Positions 18,502-29,203 of a stretch of 64,000 bases of DNA are shown in pieces. Location: positions 2,432,001 to 2,496,000 of the forward strand of contig OZ219753.1 of NCBI GenBank assembly GCA_964291315.2, read 5' to 3'. Position 1 is the stretch's first letter. Every line of letters begins with the position of its first letter. Made by a program: the position numbers and the translations under genes. The stretch is from Candidatus Poribacteria bacterium. Its GTDB lineage: Bacteria > Poribacteria > WGA-4E > WGA-3G. The notes beneath the pieces were generated by a model. The model was given only the letters and a program-made list of their open reading frames with translations, searched no databases and was not told the origin of the DNA.

Positions 18502-20088
18502 ATGGTTGAATTTTACGATACAACACTCAGGGATGGCAGCCAAGCAGAAGGCGTAACGTTTTCTGTCGAAGATAAACTTATCATCATAGAAGCACTGGAT
18601 AAATTAGGCATCCGTTATATTGAGGGCGGCTATCCTGGTTCCAATCCAAAAGATATAGAATTTTTTAAACGCGCCAAAGGCATGGCATTAAAAACGGCAA
18701 AAATTGTGCCGTTCGGTAGCACTTACTATCCTACATATACCGCCGAGACCGACCCGAATTTGGCTGCGCTCTTGGATACCGGGGCAAGCACGATCACCAT
18801 ATTCGGAAAAAGTTGGCGACTCCATGCGACCGATGTTCTAAGGGTGACCGCAGAAAAGAACTTGGAATTGATCGAGCGCTCAGTCCACTACCTCGTGAAG
18901 AACGGGCGTGAGGTTATCTACGATGCGGAACACTTCTTTGATGGGTACGCCGACGATGATCAGTATGCCATAGAGACCCTGCACGCAGCCGCAGCTGGCG
19001 GGGCAAGTTGTCTTGTACTTTGTGATACTAACGGCGGTAGATTGCCGTTGGAAATTCAGGAAGCTGTCACAGTTGTCCATTCTGAATTAACATTGCCTGT
19101 GGGGATTCACATGCACAACGATGCCGGTATGGGTGCTGCCAACTCCGTCCTAGCTGTGCAAGCAGGCGCAACACACGTGCAAGGAACATTCAACGGCTAC
19201 GGGGAACGGTGTGGCAACGCTAATCTCGCCTCCATCATTCCTACTATTCAGCTTAAACTTGGAATAAAGTGTGTAAGCGAAACGCAACTTCAGGCAATAA
19301 CGGAAACCTCACGCCTCATCAGTGAACTCGCAAATCTACCTCACGATGAACGGCAGCCCTATGTCGGGCGCTCCGCATTCGCCCACAAAGGCGGCTTGCA
19401 TACAGATGCTATTCGCAAAAACCGCCTTACGTATGAACATATTGAACCCGAGAAGGTAGGAAATACGCAACGTATTCTTGTATCTGACCAAGCAGGACGC
19501 AGCACGATCATGAAGAAGATCGAGAAAGCGTACCCGAATTACGACAAGAATTCGATGCAAGTGCGAGAACTCTTCAAACGCCTCAAAGAAGCCGAGAACG
19601 AAGGCTACCAGTACGAAGCCGCCGAGGCATCCTTCGAACTTCTAACGCACAAAGTGTTTAACAGACACAACCCCTTTTTTGAACCCATCGGGTTTCGAGT
19701 AATTATCGAACAGTTCAGCGACTTTGCTATGCGTTCCGAAGCAACAGTAAAGGTCACAACCGCAGACGGTCTTACCGCACACACCGCTGCTGATGGTGAT
19801 GGCCCCGTCAACGCACTTGACACCGCACTCCGAAAAGCACTAGAACAGTTCTACCCCGCCTTGCAGACAGTCAGGTTGATAGATTACAAGGCACGAGTGC
19901 TGGATACTAAAGCAGGAACAGGGTCAAAAGTACGAGTCCTAATTGAAGCAAGTGATGGCGAACGGAGTTGGAGAACCGTTGGTGTTTCGGAAAATATCAT
20001 CTCCGCAAGTTGTGAAGCACTAATAGATAGCCTTGAGTATAAACTCCATACGGATAAAGGGACCTTCGTCTCAAAGCAGACCGAATAA
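18502..20088 (+). CDS. cimA: Citramalate synthase
   Basis: DTTLRDGSQ, DAEHFFDG, DTNGG, HMHND, GYGERCGN, AHKGG, GPVNALD. Confidence 0.92.
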   Translation: MVEFYDTTLRDGSQAEGVTFSVEDKLIIIEALDKLGIRYIEGGYPGSNPKDIEFFKRAKGMALKTAKIVPFGSTYYPTYTAETDPNLAALLDTGASTITIFGKSWRLHATDVLRVTAEKNLELIERSVHYLVKNGREVIYDAEHFFDGYADDDQYAIETLHAAAAGGASCLVLCDTNGGRLPLEIQEAVTVVHSELTLPVGIHMHNDAGMGAANSVLAVQAGATHVQGTFNGYGERCGNANLASIIPTIQLKLGIKCVSETQLQAITETSRLISELANLPHDERQPYVGRSAFAHKGGLHTDAIRKNRLTYEHIEPEKVGNTQRILVSDQAGRSTIMKKIEKAYPNYDKNSMQVRELFKRLKEAENEGYQYEAAEASFELLTHKVFNRHNPFFEPIGFRVIIEQFSDFAMRSEATVKVTTADGLTAHTAADGDGPVNALDTALRKALEQFYPALQTVRLIDYKARVLDTKAGTGSKVRVLIEASDGERSWRTVGVSENIISASCEALIDSLEYKLHTDKGTFVSKQTE

Positions 20089-20197
20089 ATAGGTAGGAAA
20101 ATCGCATTACAATCTCTTACAGCCTCATGCATACATAGGTAGGTAGATTTGGTGCTTTAAGCCTAAACTACCATACTTCGTATTTTGGAGAGAAAAG

Positions 20198-20785
20198 ATG
20201 GGACATTTGGAGACAATTGAGAAAGCAGCACAGAAGCTGATCGCCCTCTGCCAGAAGGGAAAGCAGACAAAGAGCGACAAAAAAAAGATGTTGGTCATAC
20301 ATGCAGATATTCTGACGAGCATCGAAAACCTTGCTGAATGTGATCTTTGTGGAGCGATCAGCGAATTGATTGTAACAATAACCTTAGCGGACACCACAGC
20401 GAAGTTGTGTAAGGAGTGTGCCATCAAATCACTTGAGGCAGGAAAGATTCAGCCTTCTAGGCAGAAAACACCTCGCGCGAGAACACGGCGCTCGAAAACG
20501 GAAACCACCACATCAGGAACCCAGAAATCCGAGAACAGTGCGGTTTCTGCCACGCGCGAAGCCCCCGCCAAAGAAACAGAGTCCCTCTCGGCGCTGCATG
20601 CCCGCGTAGAAGCCCATACCGGCATCAAGAAAGCCGATGTAAGACGTATCCATAAGATTATTCAGGGGATTGCTGCTCCAATGAGTCCTGAACATACGTT
20701 GAATTATGTGCAACGCGAAGCAGAAATAGCGAAGATAAAGGTAGACGCGGCTGCCTTGAAAAAGGCAGTCACGCTATTGAGTTAG
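20198..20785 (+). CDS. Hypothetical protein with two CxxC motifs and a basic linker
   Basis: 195-aa ORF with GGAG SD; CDLC and CKEC. Confidence 0.7.
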   Translation: MGHLETIEKAAQKLIALCQKGKQTKSDKKKMLVIHADILTSIENLAECDLCGAISELIVTITLADTTAKLCKECAIKSLEAGKIQPSRQKTPRARTRRSKTETTTSGTQKSENSAVSATREAPAKETESLSALHARVEAHTGIKKADVRRIHKIIQGIAAPMSPEHTLNYVQREAEIAKIKVDAAALKKAVTLLS

Positions 20786-21753
20786 TCCGTTCGGATGTGC
20801 TTTGCCCATTCACGATTCGCTTGATACCACTCCACAAGGGCGGTGATGCCTTCCCGAAAAGTGACCTGGGGTCGCCACCCCAGCAGTTTCTCTGCTTTCC
20901 GGATGTCTGCCCACGTCGCGCGCGCATCTGCGGGGTGAAACGGCTGATGCAAGAGTACCGCCTCTTTGCCAACCAGTTCCTCTACCAGTCGAATTGTATC
21001 AATCAGCACAAGCGGACTATCGGACCCGAGGTTAATCACCTCATACTTGAGCGGTTTCAATCCGGCAATCACGCCTCTTGCAACATCATCAAGATAGGTG
21101 TAGTCTCGTGAGGATTCTTTGCCGTCCCCGTAGACGATAACAGGTTTCCCTTCACTAATCCAATGCACAAAGCGAAATGCACTCATATCCGGCCGGCCCG
21201 CGGGGCCATAGACTGTAAAAAAACGGAAGATCGTCATGTCAATGCCGTAGAGATGGTGATAACTATGGCAGATCGCTTCCGCCCCTTTTTTGGAGGCAGC
21301 ATAAGGGGACAAAGGACCATCTGTATTCGTCTCCTCATTGAACGGAAGCGGGTTGTCCGATCCATAGAGGCTCGATGTTGATGCCAAAACAAATTTTTTG
21401 ACATCAAACTGGTGGCACAACTCCAGCAAATTCAACGTGCCAGTTACGTTCGTGTCAATATATACCCACGGATCCTCGACAGAGTGTCGGACACCGGCGC
21501 GCGCAGCAAGGTTAATGACAGCATCATAAGGCGTGTTAAATATTTCCCGCAATGCGCCTCGGTCGCAGATATCTGCTTGGTGAAGGTGGAAACCTGGGTT
21601 TGGTTCAAGTTGACGGAGTCTCCAATATTTCACTTGCGGATCATACGCGGCGTTTAGAGTATCGATTCCAACCACAGAGTGTCCGGCTTTAAGCAAGAGC
21701 TCGCTTACTTTCCATCCAATAAATCCAGCGCACCCAGTAACGAGATATTTCAT
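20782..21753 (-). CDS. NAD-dependent epimerase/dehydratase (UDP-glucuronate 4-epimerase-like)
   Basis: GCAGFIG, LAARAGVR, YAASK, FFTVYGPAGRPDM. Confidence 0.92.
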   Translation of the reverse strand: MKYLVTGCAGFIGWKVSELLLKAGHSVVGIDTLNAAYDPQVKYWRLRQLEPNPGFHLHQADICDRGALREIFNTPYDAVINLAARAGVRHSVEDPWVYIDTNVTGTLNLLELCHQFDVKKFVLASTSSLYGSDNPLPFNEETNTDGPLSPYAASKKGAEAICHSYHHLYGIDMTIFRFFTVYGPAGRPDMSAFRFVHWISEGKPVIVYGDGKESSRDYTYLDDVARGVIAGLKPLKYEVINLGSDSPLVLIDTIRLVEELVGKEAVLLHQPFHPADARATWADIRKAEKLLGWRPQVTFREGITALVEWYQANREWAKHIRTD

Positions 21754-21755
21754 AT

Positions 21756-22316
21756 TTATTTCCTCTTCTCTTTATTCGTGTCTGACACTAAGAGTCTTTC
21801 CATCTCTTTTTTAAGTTGTGCGTAAATTTCGGGTTCGAAATTCGATTTTTGGTGGAACACAATTGTGCCTTCCTGTGAAATTAGGTAGAGTGTCGGTTTC
21901 TCCTTTTCCGTTTGATACCGCTTGTGTACAGTTCCCTTCCAATCTAGCAGAAATTCAACAGGGGGCGGGTTCTTTCTCAGCTGTCTCCTGATGAAACGTT
22001 TCGGTATGAATCCGGGGACGCTCCGCATATCGGCGATGATATAAGCGGTAACGCGTGCATTCCCCCCGTACGTCTTTTGGAACGCTTCTGCCCACTTGTC
22101 ATCCTCCTTCCGAATCTTGCGGTTACCCATAATGAGGAAAACAGCTTTGCCACGAAGTTTTTTTAAGGTGTGCTCTTTTTCTTCTACATCCTGAAGCGTC
22201 CAACCCGGGGCAGTATCGCCTACTTTTAGCGGGGCTGCTTCGGTTTTATCGTCAGCGGAACTCATAAACGTTCCAAAAATGGCAGCAATGATAACAACAG
22301 CAATGAGCCGTTTCAT
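21756..22316 (-). CDS. Exported redoxin-fold protein without CxxC
   Basis: Signal peptide, LKVGDTAPGWTLQD, LLDWKG, PTLYLI. Confidence 0.7.
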   Translation of the reverse strand: MKRLIAVVIIAAIFGTFMSSADDKTEAAPLKVGDTAPGWTLQDVEEKEHTLKKLRGKAVFLIMGNRKIRKEDDKWAEAFQKTYGGNARVTAYIIADMRSVPGFIPKRFIRRQLRKNPPPVEFLLDWKGTVHKRYQTEKEKPTLYLISQEGTIVFHQKSNFEPEIYAQLKKEMERLLVSDTNKEKRK

Positions 22317-22521
22317 AGCAATTATACTTCCTTGTGTTTCTTATAGCTATTCTAACATGCCACCGCCCAATTGTCAAGTTGACTTTGTACTGCAGAAAGA
22401 TGAAGTGGGCAAGGACGTATCCCGGGACATTTCGCTTTTTAGCGGCAGCAATCAAGCGTCGGCAGAATTTGTGGTATTTTGTGCCTACCGAAACAAAAAA
22501 AGACAAGCAGGGACTGTGGTT

Positions 22522-22562
22522 AAAAACGTTGGGGGTGAAACATACGTTCCACCCCCAACGTC
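22522..22562 (-). terminator. Intrinsic terminator of the lamin-tail gene
   Basis: Minus strand ACGTTGGGGGTG..CACCCCCAACGT followed by a T run. Confidence 0.75.
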
Positions 22563-22613
22563 TTATGAGTTGATTTGTAAGGTTAGCTTGTCTATTTCTA
22601 ACCGCTGTGTCTG

Positions 22614-25352
22614 CTATTGGTCAGACGATTTCAGATCTCCCCAACGCGTCGTGAGCTTACCCCTCGCAGAGACATCCCCACGCAGATGCGTCGTCCGTAA
22701 CGTCGTCCGCACCCCGTCCATAGAGACATCCTCTATCTGGTAGTAATACACCACATTCGGCTTCGCAGTCGTATCTGTGTAGCGATACACTTGCCTCTCA
22801 GAGGTCGTGCCGTGTCCCGCAATCAGACCCTTCGTGTTGATAACCGCAAACTCGCCGGTCTTACTCTCACTGCGTAGGATATTGAACCCCGCATTGTTAA
22901 GTTCGGACTGAGTTATCCAGCTAATCTCAACGTGGCCCGTTACGGCATCGCGCACAGGCCGGAAGCTGGAGAGCGAAACCGGGAGCGGACTACCCAGACG
23001 ATAGCCGGGCGTGCCGACATCGTTGCGATGCCCGTAGAACGTCAGCGAAGCACCTGCCAGATCAGACTGCCGCCAAGAGGCTGCCATCAGCCCATCATCC
23101 GCATCATACGGTCCAGAACCCTCTGACATGTCGTTGAACACACCCCCATAGGTCCGCACAATAGAGGTCCGCATCTCACCGCGTTCAGGCAAGTCCCACG
23201 CATGGGTCCGCATAGCACCATTTACCTCAACGTTGCCAGCCTCGTCCATAACCTCCATTTGATTCCGGGTGCCAGTCGGCGCACTCAGCTTCAAATAGAA
23301 GCCCTCCGCACTCAGCAACCGACGCCCGCGCGTCGCCAACCCGAGATCGCTACGGTGGGTTTCTTCTAGATTATACACGTAGTTCTCTGGCACATCGTTC
23401 GCACCGCTGCTCGAGACCAGCAACAACGTCTGATTCGGTGGAATATAGGTACCCGCATCAAACTTGAACTCCGCATCTACATACGACTCTACCTGTGTGT
23501 TCTCGTTACGGATCTCAAACTTCCAATTCTCAAGGTTCACCGTATCGGTCCTAGAGCTGTTGTAGAGCTCTATCCACTGCACCAAGTTCCAGCGCGGCCC
23601 CGCGTCATACATAATCTCGCTGATCGTCACTGTCCCCTTGAAGGTGTAGTTTCCCTCGGAGACCTTATTCACTGCCATGTTCGGATACCCCGGCGTGCCA
23701 GGGGAATCCATGGGGTCAACAGTTTTATCGCGCCCGCGATCGTAGCCAGTGCCCATGAAACCGAATGACTGCCAGTCGTTTTTGTGAACGCGGTTCACAT
23801 TCGACTTCGCGCCGTACATGCCCTGTGAATTGATCTCGACACCCCGACCGAACGACATGCTCCGAGAAGAGAAAGTGTTCATACCACCGAAATCGTTATC
23901 ATCAACGTCTCCCGGCTTCGTCCAACCTACGAACGGCCAGACATCCGTGTTGAACTTCCTATCTTCCATCCGCCCAAAGAACCCATTGCCGGCATAGTCT
24001 TTGATATTTGTCGCCTTGCCGACATCATCAGCGCTATTCCGCGTGCGCAGCAAGATCAGGAACTTCCCTTCAGCCGGAAGTTTTAAATCTGTGGAGACCA
24101 CATACTTGTGCATGGTCCCTTTTTTGATGTCGGTTTCGTCCAAGAGATCCTGAAGATTGACACCATCCGCGAGCGGAACCGTGCGCCCCGGGTCTCGGTT
24201 ATAGACAACAAGATACTCGCCCGGCATCATCTCGTATTCAGGCAGCACCGCAAGGCTCGTGTCTGTAAAGTTCGCATCACCCGACTCGTGATAGCCGCTA
24301 CCGTCGTCCTTCATCTTCCCCATCACCAAGCTCAGCTCATAGTCCTTTATGTTCACCGGAGGATCCGATGCATTCTCACTGTTATAGAAGAGCTCTATCC
24401 AATCGAAGTTCAGACTTGAAGGATCGTTGCGCACCTCGTTGATGATGATGTTCGGAAGCTCTGTAAAATCGGGTTGCCTAGCAAACATCGTTACCGTTGG
24501 ACCGCCCGGGGGAACGTGAACGCTCCCTGGGGAACCTGTGTAAAAACTCCAGAGATTAATCCGACCGGTAGAAGCCTCCCAAGAACTTGCCTCGGCCCCG
24601 GAACCCAACCCCTTCAGTTTTCCGTTTTCGAATTGATACCCCGTACCCGTGCTATCCAGCTCGATCTTCCGATACATAGAGACCATATTCTCGGGAAGAG
24701 CACCGGTATTCGAGTTCCCATCGGTATTGCCATTGGTACCTTTCAGCGCCCAAAGACGGCCAAAACGGTCAACCGTTGTTACACGATCCAAAACGACATA
24801 CTTGCGTTCAGGAGTGTTTGCATCATTGTCATGATCACGCATATACGTCTCACCCGGAGCAGGTAAAAGCACATGATGTTGCCGCATAGCGATTACATCG
24901 TCTTTTTTCAGACCACTGTGGCAGTAGAGTTCAAGCCATTGGGCATCTTTTCTGTAAGGAGAATCCGTCCCCCACATTACCTCGGTGAAGACGATGTAGT
25001 GCTTGTACGCCCTCAGCTGCTCATCTGTCATATCAGCCTTCAAGGTATACTCACTATCAGCCGTTCCAATTTCAGCTGCCGTTGGCACTTGCATTGCAAC
25101 GACATACGCACCACCTGCCATTAAGTTCTCATGTACATCCCACAAGGCAGCCCCCTGGTTAACCCCGGTTGCGGTCGCCTGGATCCCATTCTTAGTCCAG
25201 TCGGCAGTAGCAGCCCAAACAACAAACTGTTTGGGCTTCAGGAATCCTTTTGTGGTGGAGTCAATCACGGTAAGATTTGCTGGAGCCCAGGTTGTCGCGA
25301 ACACAAACATAAGCCCCAAGACTATAAAAAATCTCATTCTACTACATAACAT
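22614..25352 (-). CDS. Secreted lamin-tail-domain protein, 912 aa
   Basis: Signal peptide; three LTD-like starts (FTEVMW..QWLELY, INEV..DWIELF, ISEIMY..QWIELYN) closed by GSPG/SPG/GTPG; LPVSLSSF Ig-like domain; GKLTTRWGDLK tail; AGGAG SD. Confidence 0.85.
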   Translation of the reverse strand: MLCSRMRFFIVLGLMFVFATTWAPANLTVIDSTTKGFLKPKQFVVWAATADWTKNGIQATATGVNQGAALWDVHENLMAGGAYVVAMQVPTAAEIGTADSEYTLKADMTDEQLRAYKHYIVFTEVMWGTDSPYRKDAQWLELYCHSGLKKDDVIAMRQHHVLLPAPGETYMRDHDNDANTPERKYVVLDRVTTVDRFGRLWALKGTNGNTDGNSNTGALPENMVSMYRKIELDSTGTGYQFENGKLKGLGSGAEASSWEASTGRINLWSFYTGSPGSVHVPPGGPTVTMFARQPDFTELPNIIINEVRNDPSSLNFDWIELFYNSENASDPPVNIKDYELSLVMGKMKDDGSGYHESGDANFTDTSLAVLPEYEMMPGEYLVVYNRDPGRTVPLADGVNLQDLLDETDIKKGTMHKYVVSTDLKLPAEGKFLILLRTRNSADDVGKATNIKDYAGNGFFGRMEDRKFNTDVWPFVGWTKPGDVDDNDFGGMNTFSSRSMSFGRGVEINSQGMYGAKSNVNRVHKNDWQSFGFMGTGYDRGRDKTVDPMDSPGTPGYPNMAVNKVSEGNYTFKGTVTISEIMYDAGPRWNLVQWIELYNSSRTDTVNLENWKFEIRNENTQVESYVDAEFKFDAGTYIPPNQTLLLVSSSGANDVPENYVYNLEETHRSDLGLATRGRRLLSAEGFYLKLSAPTGTRNQMEVMDEAGNVEVNGAMRTHAWDLPERGEMRTSIVRTYGGVFNDMSEGSGPYDADDGLMAASWRQSDLAGASLTFYGHRNDVGTPGYRLGSPLPVSLSSFRPVRDAVTGHVEISWITQSELNNAGFNILRSESKTGEFAVINTKGLIAGHGTTSERQVYRYTDTTAKPNVVYYYQIEDVSMDGVRTTLRTTHLRGDVSARGKLTTRWGDLKSSDQ

Positions 25353-26259
25353 GACCTTTATTCTCCTTTCTTATTCATACATTAAATATAGACAAGAAGA
25401 GAGAGGGAACAGAGATTACAGCTCCATTCTCTCCTAGCTACAAACTTATGCCGAGGATCCCCCTCAGCTCTCGATATTAAGTGTTAAATGACATAGCAAA
25501 CCTCTCTAATACGATATAATACTATAACGCAAAAAGCCACCAAAGAATAACAACATCTATTGTTAGAGGCGTGAATTTCATTCTTGCTATATTCCACAGA
25601 CAATGTGCTTATATTTTAGGGTAAATGGAACAAATTGCTTACCATACGTGAAGTTAAGGGGGGGGGTGAAACGACTAAAATTAACCCAACAGCAGGGCTT
25701 AGGCGATAGGATAAGCAACCAACGTGGAGAGCTTTGCCAAGCCCCTCTAACTTTCTGATTCTAATGCGAGTGTCCAAATGTTCCAGGTGGCTCACAGATT
25801 ACAGATGACGCGCCTAACAGATCACTGGCGAATTATCTCCTTCCATATTTCCTATTACATCATATGTAGTAATTATATCTTAAACCGCGCATCATGTCAA
25901 GTTTTTTTTTCATCAGATAGCGCGGATACCCTTTTGACTATCTGCTCCTTAAATTTCAGCCAGAGAATACGCAAACGCGCTTCTCTGCCGGGGGTTGTTT
26001 TCTCTGATATGTGAGAAAAAAAAATTCGTCTATTTTTCAGAAGAGTGATACAATATATATCGGCGAAGAATGTAATAACCTTGTTAAACCAAACGAGGTT
26101 CTCAAAAAAAACGGTCAATTATTTCTCAAACTCGCGTTATTCTATTGTAGTGTCCTTTAATTTTCGTGTAGTTCTTGTGGCTTGTCTATTTTCTCTGATT
26201 TCCGACGGTTTCGCTATGGAAGAAGTCAGAATATTGTTTTTAACTTATACCCACAACAT

Positions 26260-26961
26260 ATGAACGCTGAACGCACCATTTCTTCACTGTTGACGCAGAT
26301 TCGTAGAGAGATTCTCCCGTATATTGCTAACGTATCGAGGCTGCAAACAATAGGTGGTTTGCAAGACTTTCGGAGCCACCTTCACAGCCTCCACTACTCC
26401 TGTATCCGTGTGCAAATTCCGGATGGAGTCCGCAATCGTGTAGAGAGCCTCCTTTCAACAAGCGCAGATTTCTGGCATCTTATTGCTGAAAATGAGTTGA
26501 TGTTGAAAAATTTGAAAGAGTACACGCGCGTGCGAACCTTTTCTGCGGAAGCAGAGGGGATTACCAACATAGAAGAACTCCTCTCCGGTGAAGATAATTT
26601 CCGTGATGTACTTATCAATAGTGTTGCATTTATGCTCAAGTGGAAAGCGAATACGATCTGGGTGGATTCTGCAAAGCGGGCGCGCACCGCGATGGCAAAA
26701 AATTATATGCTTGAAATCCAAGATCGTATCTGGCAGTTCATTAAAGAGAACGCACCGGAAACAGCAGAGAATGACCTAGAGAAAGCAGCACAAGTGCGTG
26801 AACAGGTAGACAATCTACTAGCGGTGATTCGTGACAGCGATTTTCCAGCCGAAGCACAAGTCACGCTCCTAATGAATATCTATACACTGCTATTGAGATT
26901 GCAACTCGGACAACTCATTATTCAATTAGAGACGCTTCAGGAGAACACAGCAGCGCCATGA
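26260..26961 (+). CDS. Hypothetical helical protein
   Basis: Long ORF; start placed at MNAERT; no recognisable motif. Confidence 0.7.
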   Translation: MNAERTISSLLTQIRREILPYIANVSRLQTIGGLQDFRSHLHSLHYSCIRVQIPDGVRNRVESLLSTSADFWHLIAENELMLKNLKEYTRVRTFSAEAEGITNIEELLSGEDNFRDVLINSVAFMLKWKANTIWVDSAKRARTAMAKNYMLEIQDRIWQFIKENAPETAENDLEKAAQVREQVDNLLAVIRDSDFPAEAQVTLLMNIYTLLLRLQLGQLIIQLETLQENTAAP

Positions 26962-27172
26962 AAATAAGACTTTCCCTGCTTTGCAATAGCTTTTCATGCC
27001 GTGGCGGAGGCATTAGAGGAACATGCATGTCAGCCAGAGAAAAACTACACCCGTGCCCTGCAATCGTATAAACTTTATCTGACCCATTTCACAAGGGCAG
27101 AACGCTATTCAGATGTCCAAAAACATGTGACGGAATTGAAAACAGAATGAAAAAAAAATAAAGGAGCCCGAT

Positions 27173-27964
27173 ATGGAAAAAAAGTTGTTTGAGGAATTGG
27201 TTGATGTTATAGCCACTCTAAGGAGCGAGAACGGGTGTCCCTGGGATCGGGAACAGACACATGAGTCGCTGAAGTCTACACTCATCGAGGAAACCTATGA
27301 AACGCTTGAAGCAATTGATACCGCGGACCCCAACAAACTGAAGGAAGAATTGGGAGACCTTCTCCTGAATATTATGCTCCAGGCACAGATTGCAGCTGAA
27401 CACAAAAATTTCGACATCTACGCTGTGATTGAAGCATTGACAGATAAACTCATTCGCCGTCATCCGCACGTCTTTGGCGATATCAATGTCGAAAATTCAG
27501 AAGAGGTTGTGAAAAACTGGGAATCAATCAAACGCCAAGAACCGGGCTATTCAGATCGGGAATCGTTGCTTGACGGAATTCCAAATGCGATGCCTACACT
27601 GCTCCGAGCACAGAAGATACAGAGTCGAGCAGCCCGCGTCGGTTTTGATTGGGAAGAGCTCACCGATGTCATCGCCAAAGTCGAAGAAGAGCTTGAAGAG
27701 GTCAAAACCGGTATCAGGGCAGATAATTCTGAAGCAGTTGCAATAGAACTCGGTGATCTGTTATTCGCTATTGTTAATCTGTGTCGCTTTATGGAACTTC
27801 AGGCTGAAGAGACATTACGGAAGGCAAACCGGAAGTTTATAGCGCGCTTCAAGTGGATGGAATCAGAATTAGAGAACCGCGGAACAAACTTTGAAGCACA
27901 AGACTTAAAAAGTTTAAACGCAATCTGGGAACAAGCAAAGAAAGCGGAAACCGATCCGAATTAA
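27173..27964 (+). CDS. mazG: Nucleoside triphosphate pyrophosphohydrolase
   Basis: GCPWDREQT, EELGDLL, KLIRRHPHVF, ELGDLLF. Confidence 0.96.
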   Translation: MEKKLFEELVDVIATLRSENGCPWDREQTHESLKSTLIEETYETLEAIDTADPNKLKEELGDLLLNIMLQAQIAAEHKNFDIYAVIEALTDKLIRRHPHVFGDINVENSEEVVKNWESIKRQEPGYSDRESLLDGIPNAMPTLLRAQKIQSRAARVGFDWEELTDVIAKVEEELEEVKTGIRADNSEAVAIELGDLLFAIVNLCRFMELQAEETLRKANRKFIARFKWMESELENRGTNFEAQDLKSLNAIWEQAKKAETDPN

Positions 27965-28016
27965 TTCCGTGGATATCAGATAAATCTTTGACATAACGAA
28001 AAGGACACCTGAACAA

Positions 28017-28793
28017 ATGGCAAACACACTATTGCACCTGCTAGCACAAAAATGTGAGCGTCATCCCGACTATGCGCGGTGCACTGAACTTTTTGCCCAA
28101 TTGGATCCATCAGGACCTCCGCGAATAGAGCTTGTTCACCGCGCTAACCTACCGAGGCACGGCACCAAAAAACTCGGAATTTTTTCTGGATCCTTTAATC
28201 CACTGACACTTGCACATACGCAAGTGGTAGAGAACACTGTTACCGGCTACCAATTAGATGAGATGCTCCTGCTCCTTGCAAAGGCGAATGTGGATAAAGA
28301 GGTGTGCGGTTTACCTCTCGCAGCGAGACTTCTGACGGTCAAAAAATATGCCGAAAACCGACAAAAACTTTCTGTCGGCATATCGAGCCACGGTAGATAT
28401 ATCGACAAGATCACTGCTTTAAAAACCATTTTGCCACCGGAAACCGAGATCTATTTTGTCGTTGGGTATGATACTTTGGTGAGAATCTTTGACCCAAAAT
28501 ACTATACCGATTTCCACGCTGAATTGCAAGCGCTATTTGTAACTGCTCGCCTCATCGTTGCGAATCGAGCGGAAGCAGATATGGAGACAATAGAGGAGTT
28601 CATGGCACGGACAGAGGTTCTCCAATATGCCCCGTATGTTTCACCCCTTTTGTTATCTGATGTTTATGCCTACATGTCCTCAACAGAGGTGCGAGAACGG
28701 TTGAAACGGGGCAAGTCTATTGAACATCTCGTTCCTTCCAGTATCCTCACTATGCTCGACGAAAATTTCGCTGAATCTATTCGTACGGAATAA
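28017..28793 (+). CDS. NadD-like nucleotidyltransferase
   Basis: GSFNPLTLAH, VVGYDT, SSTEVR. Confidence 0.82.
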   Translation: MANTLLHLLAQKCERHPDYARCTELFAQLDPSGPPRIELVHRANLPRHGTKKLGIFSGSFNPLTLAHTQVVENTVTGYQLDEMLLLLAKANVDKEVCGLPLAARLLTVKKYAENRQKLSVGISSHGRYIDKITALKTILPPETEIYFVVGYDTLVRIFDPKYYTDFHAELQALFVTARLIVANRAEADMETIEEFMARTEVLQYAPYVSPLLLSDVYAYMSSTEVRERLKRGKSIEHLVPSSILTMLDENFAESIRTE

Positions 28794-29025
28794 CATGCCC
28801 GTTCAATTTTCGGCACGAGAAACATCTTTTATTTCCACGCTAAAAATAAGATACGGATACGCTTACGCTAACAATAAAAACCTTTATTGGAAAGGCTCGA
28901 ACCAGTGATTGTTTCTACAGAAAGTCTTGTTTTTATTTTTCTACATTTTCTTCAGACTACCTGCCCCATTGTGTTAAATAGTATACACTCTCGCTAAATT
29001 CAACCCTTGTTTTAGTACTTTTACG

Positions 29026-29042
29026 CTGGCACGATTCTTGCT
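29026..29042 (+). promoter_or_regulatory. Sigma-54 promoter
   Basis: cTGGCACG-attc-TTGCT matches the -24/-12 consensus with exact spacing, in an intergenic region. Confidence 0.75.
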
Positions 29043-29203
29043 AAGTAAGTTTAGGCAGTAAGAATTTATACAGAGTTCTGAAACTGATTTACACGTAATT
29101 TCGTTTATTTTATCAACTTTTCGGTGACAGACTCAGGTTTGGAAAACATCGAAAATTCATAGCGGATTATTATAAAAATTTTTTTATAGTGAGGAGAAAA
29201 TTC

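Noticed and set aside
25395-25485. Leader of the lamin-tail gene beginning ATCGAGAGCTGAGGG, like a SAM-I riboswitch
   Set aside because: Lacks the GACTGGCCC, GCAACC and GTGC core elements; only generic hairpins are seen.
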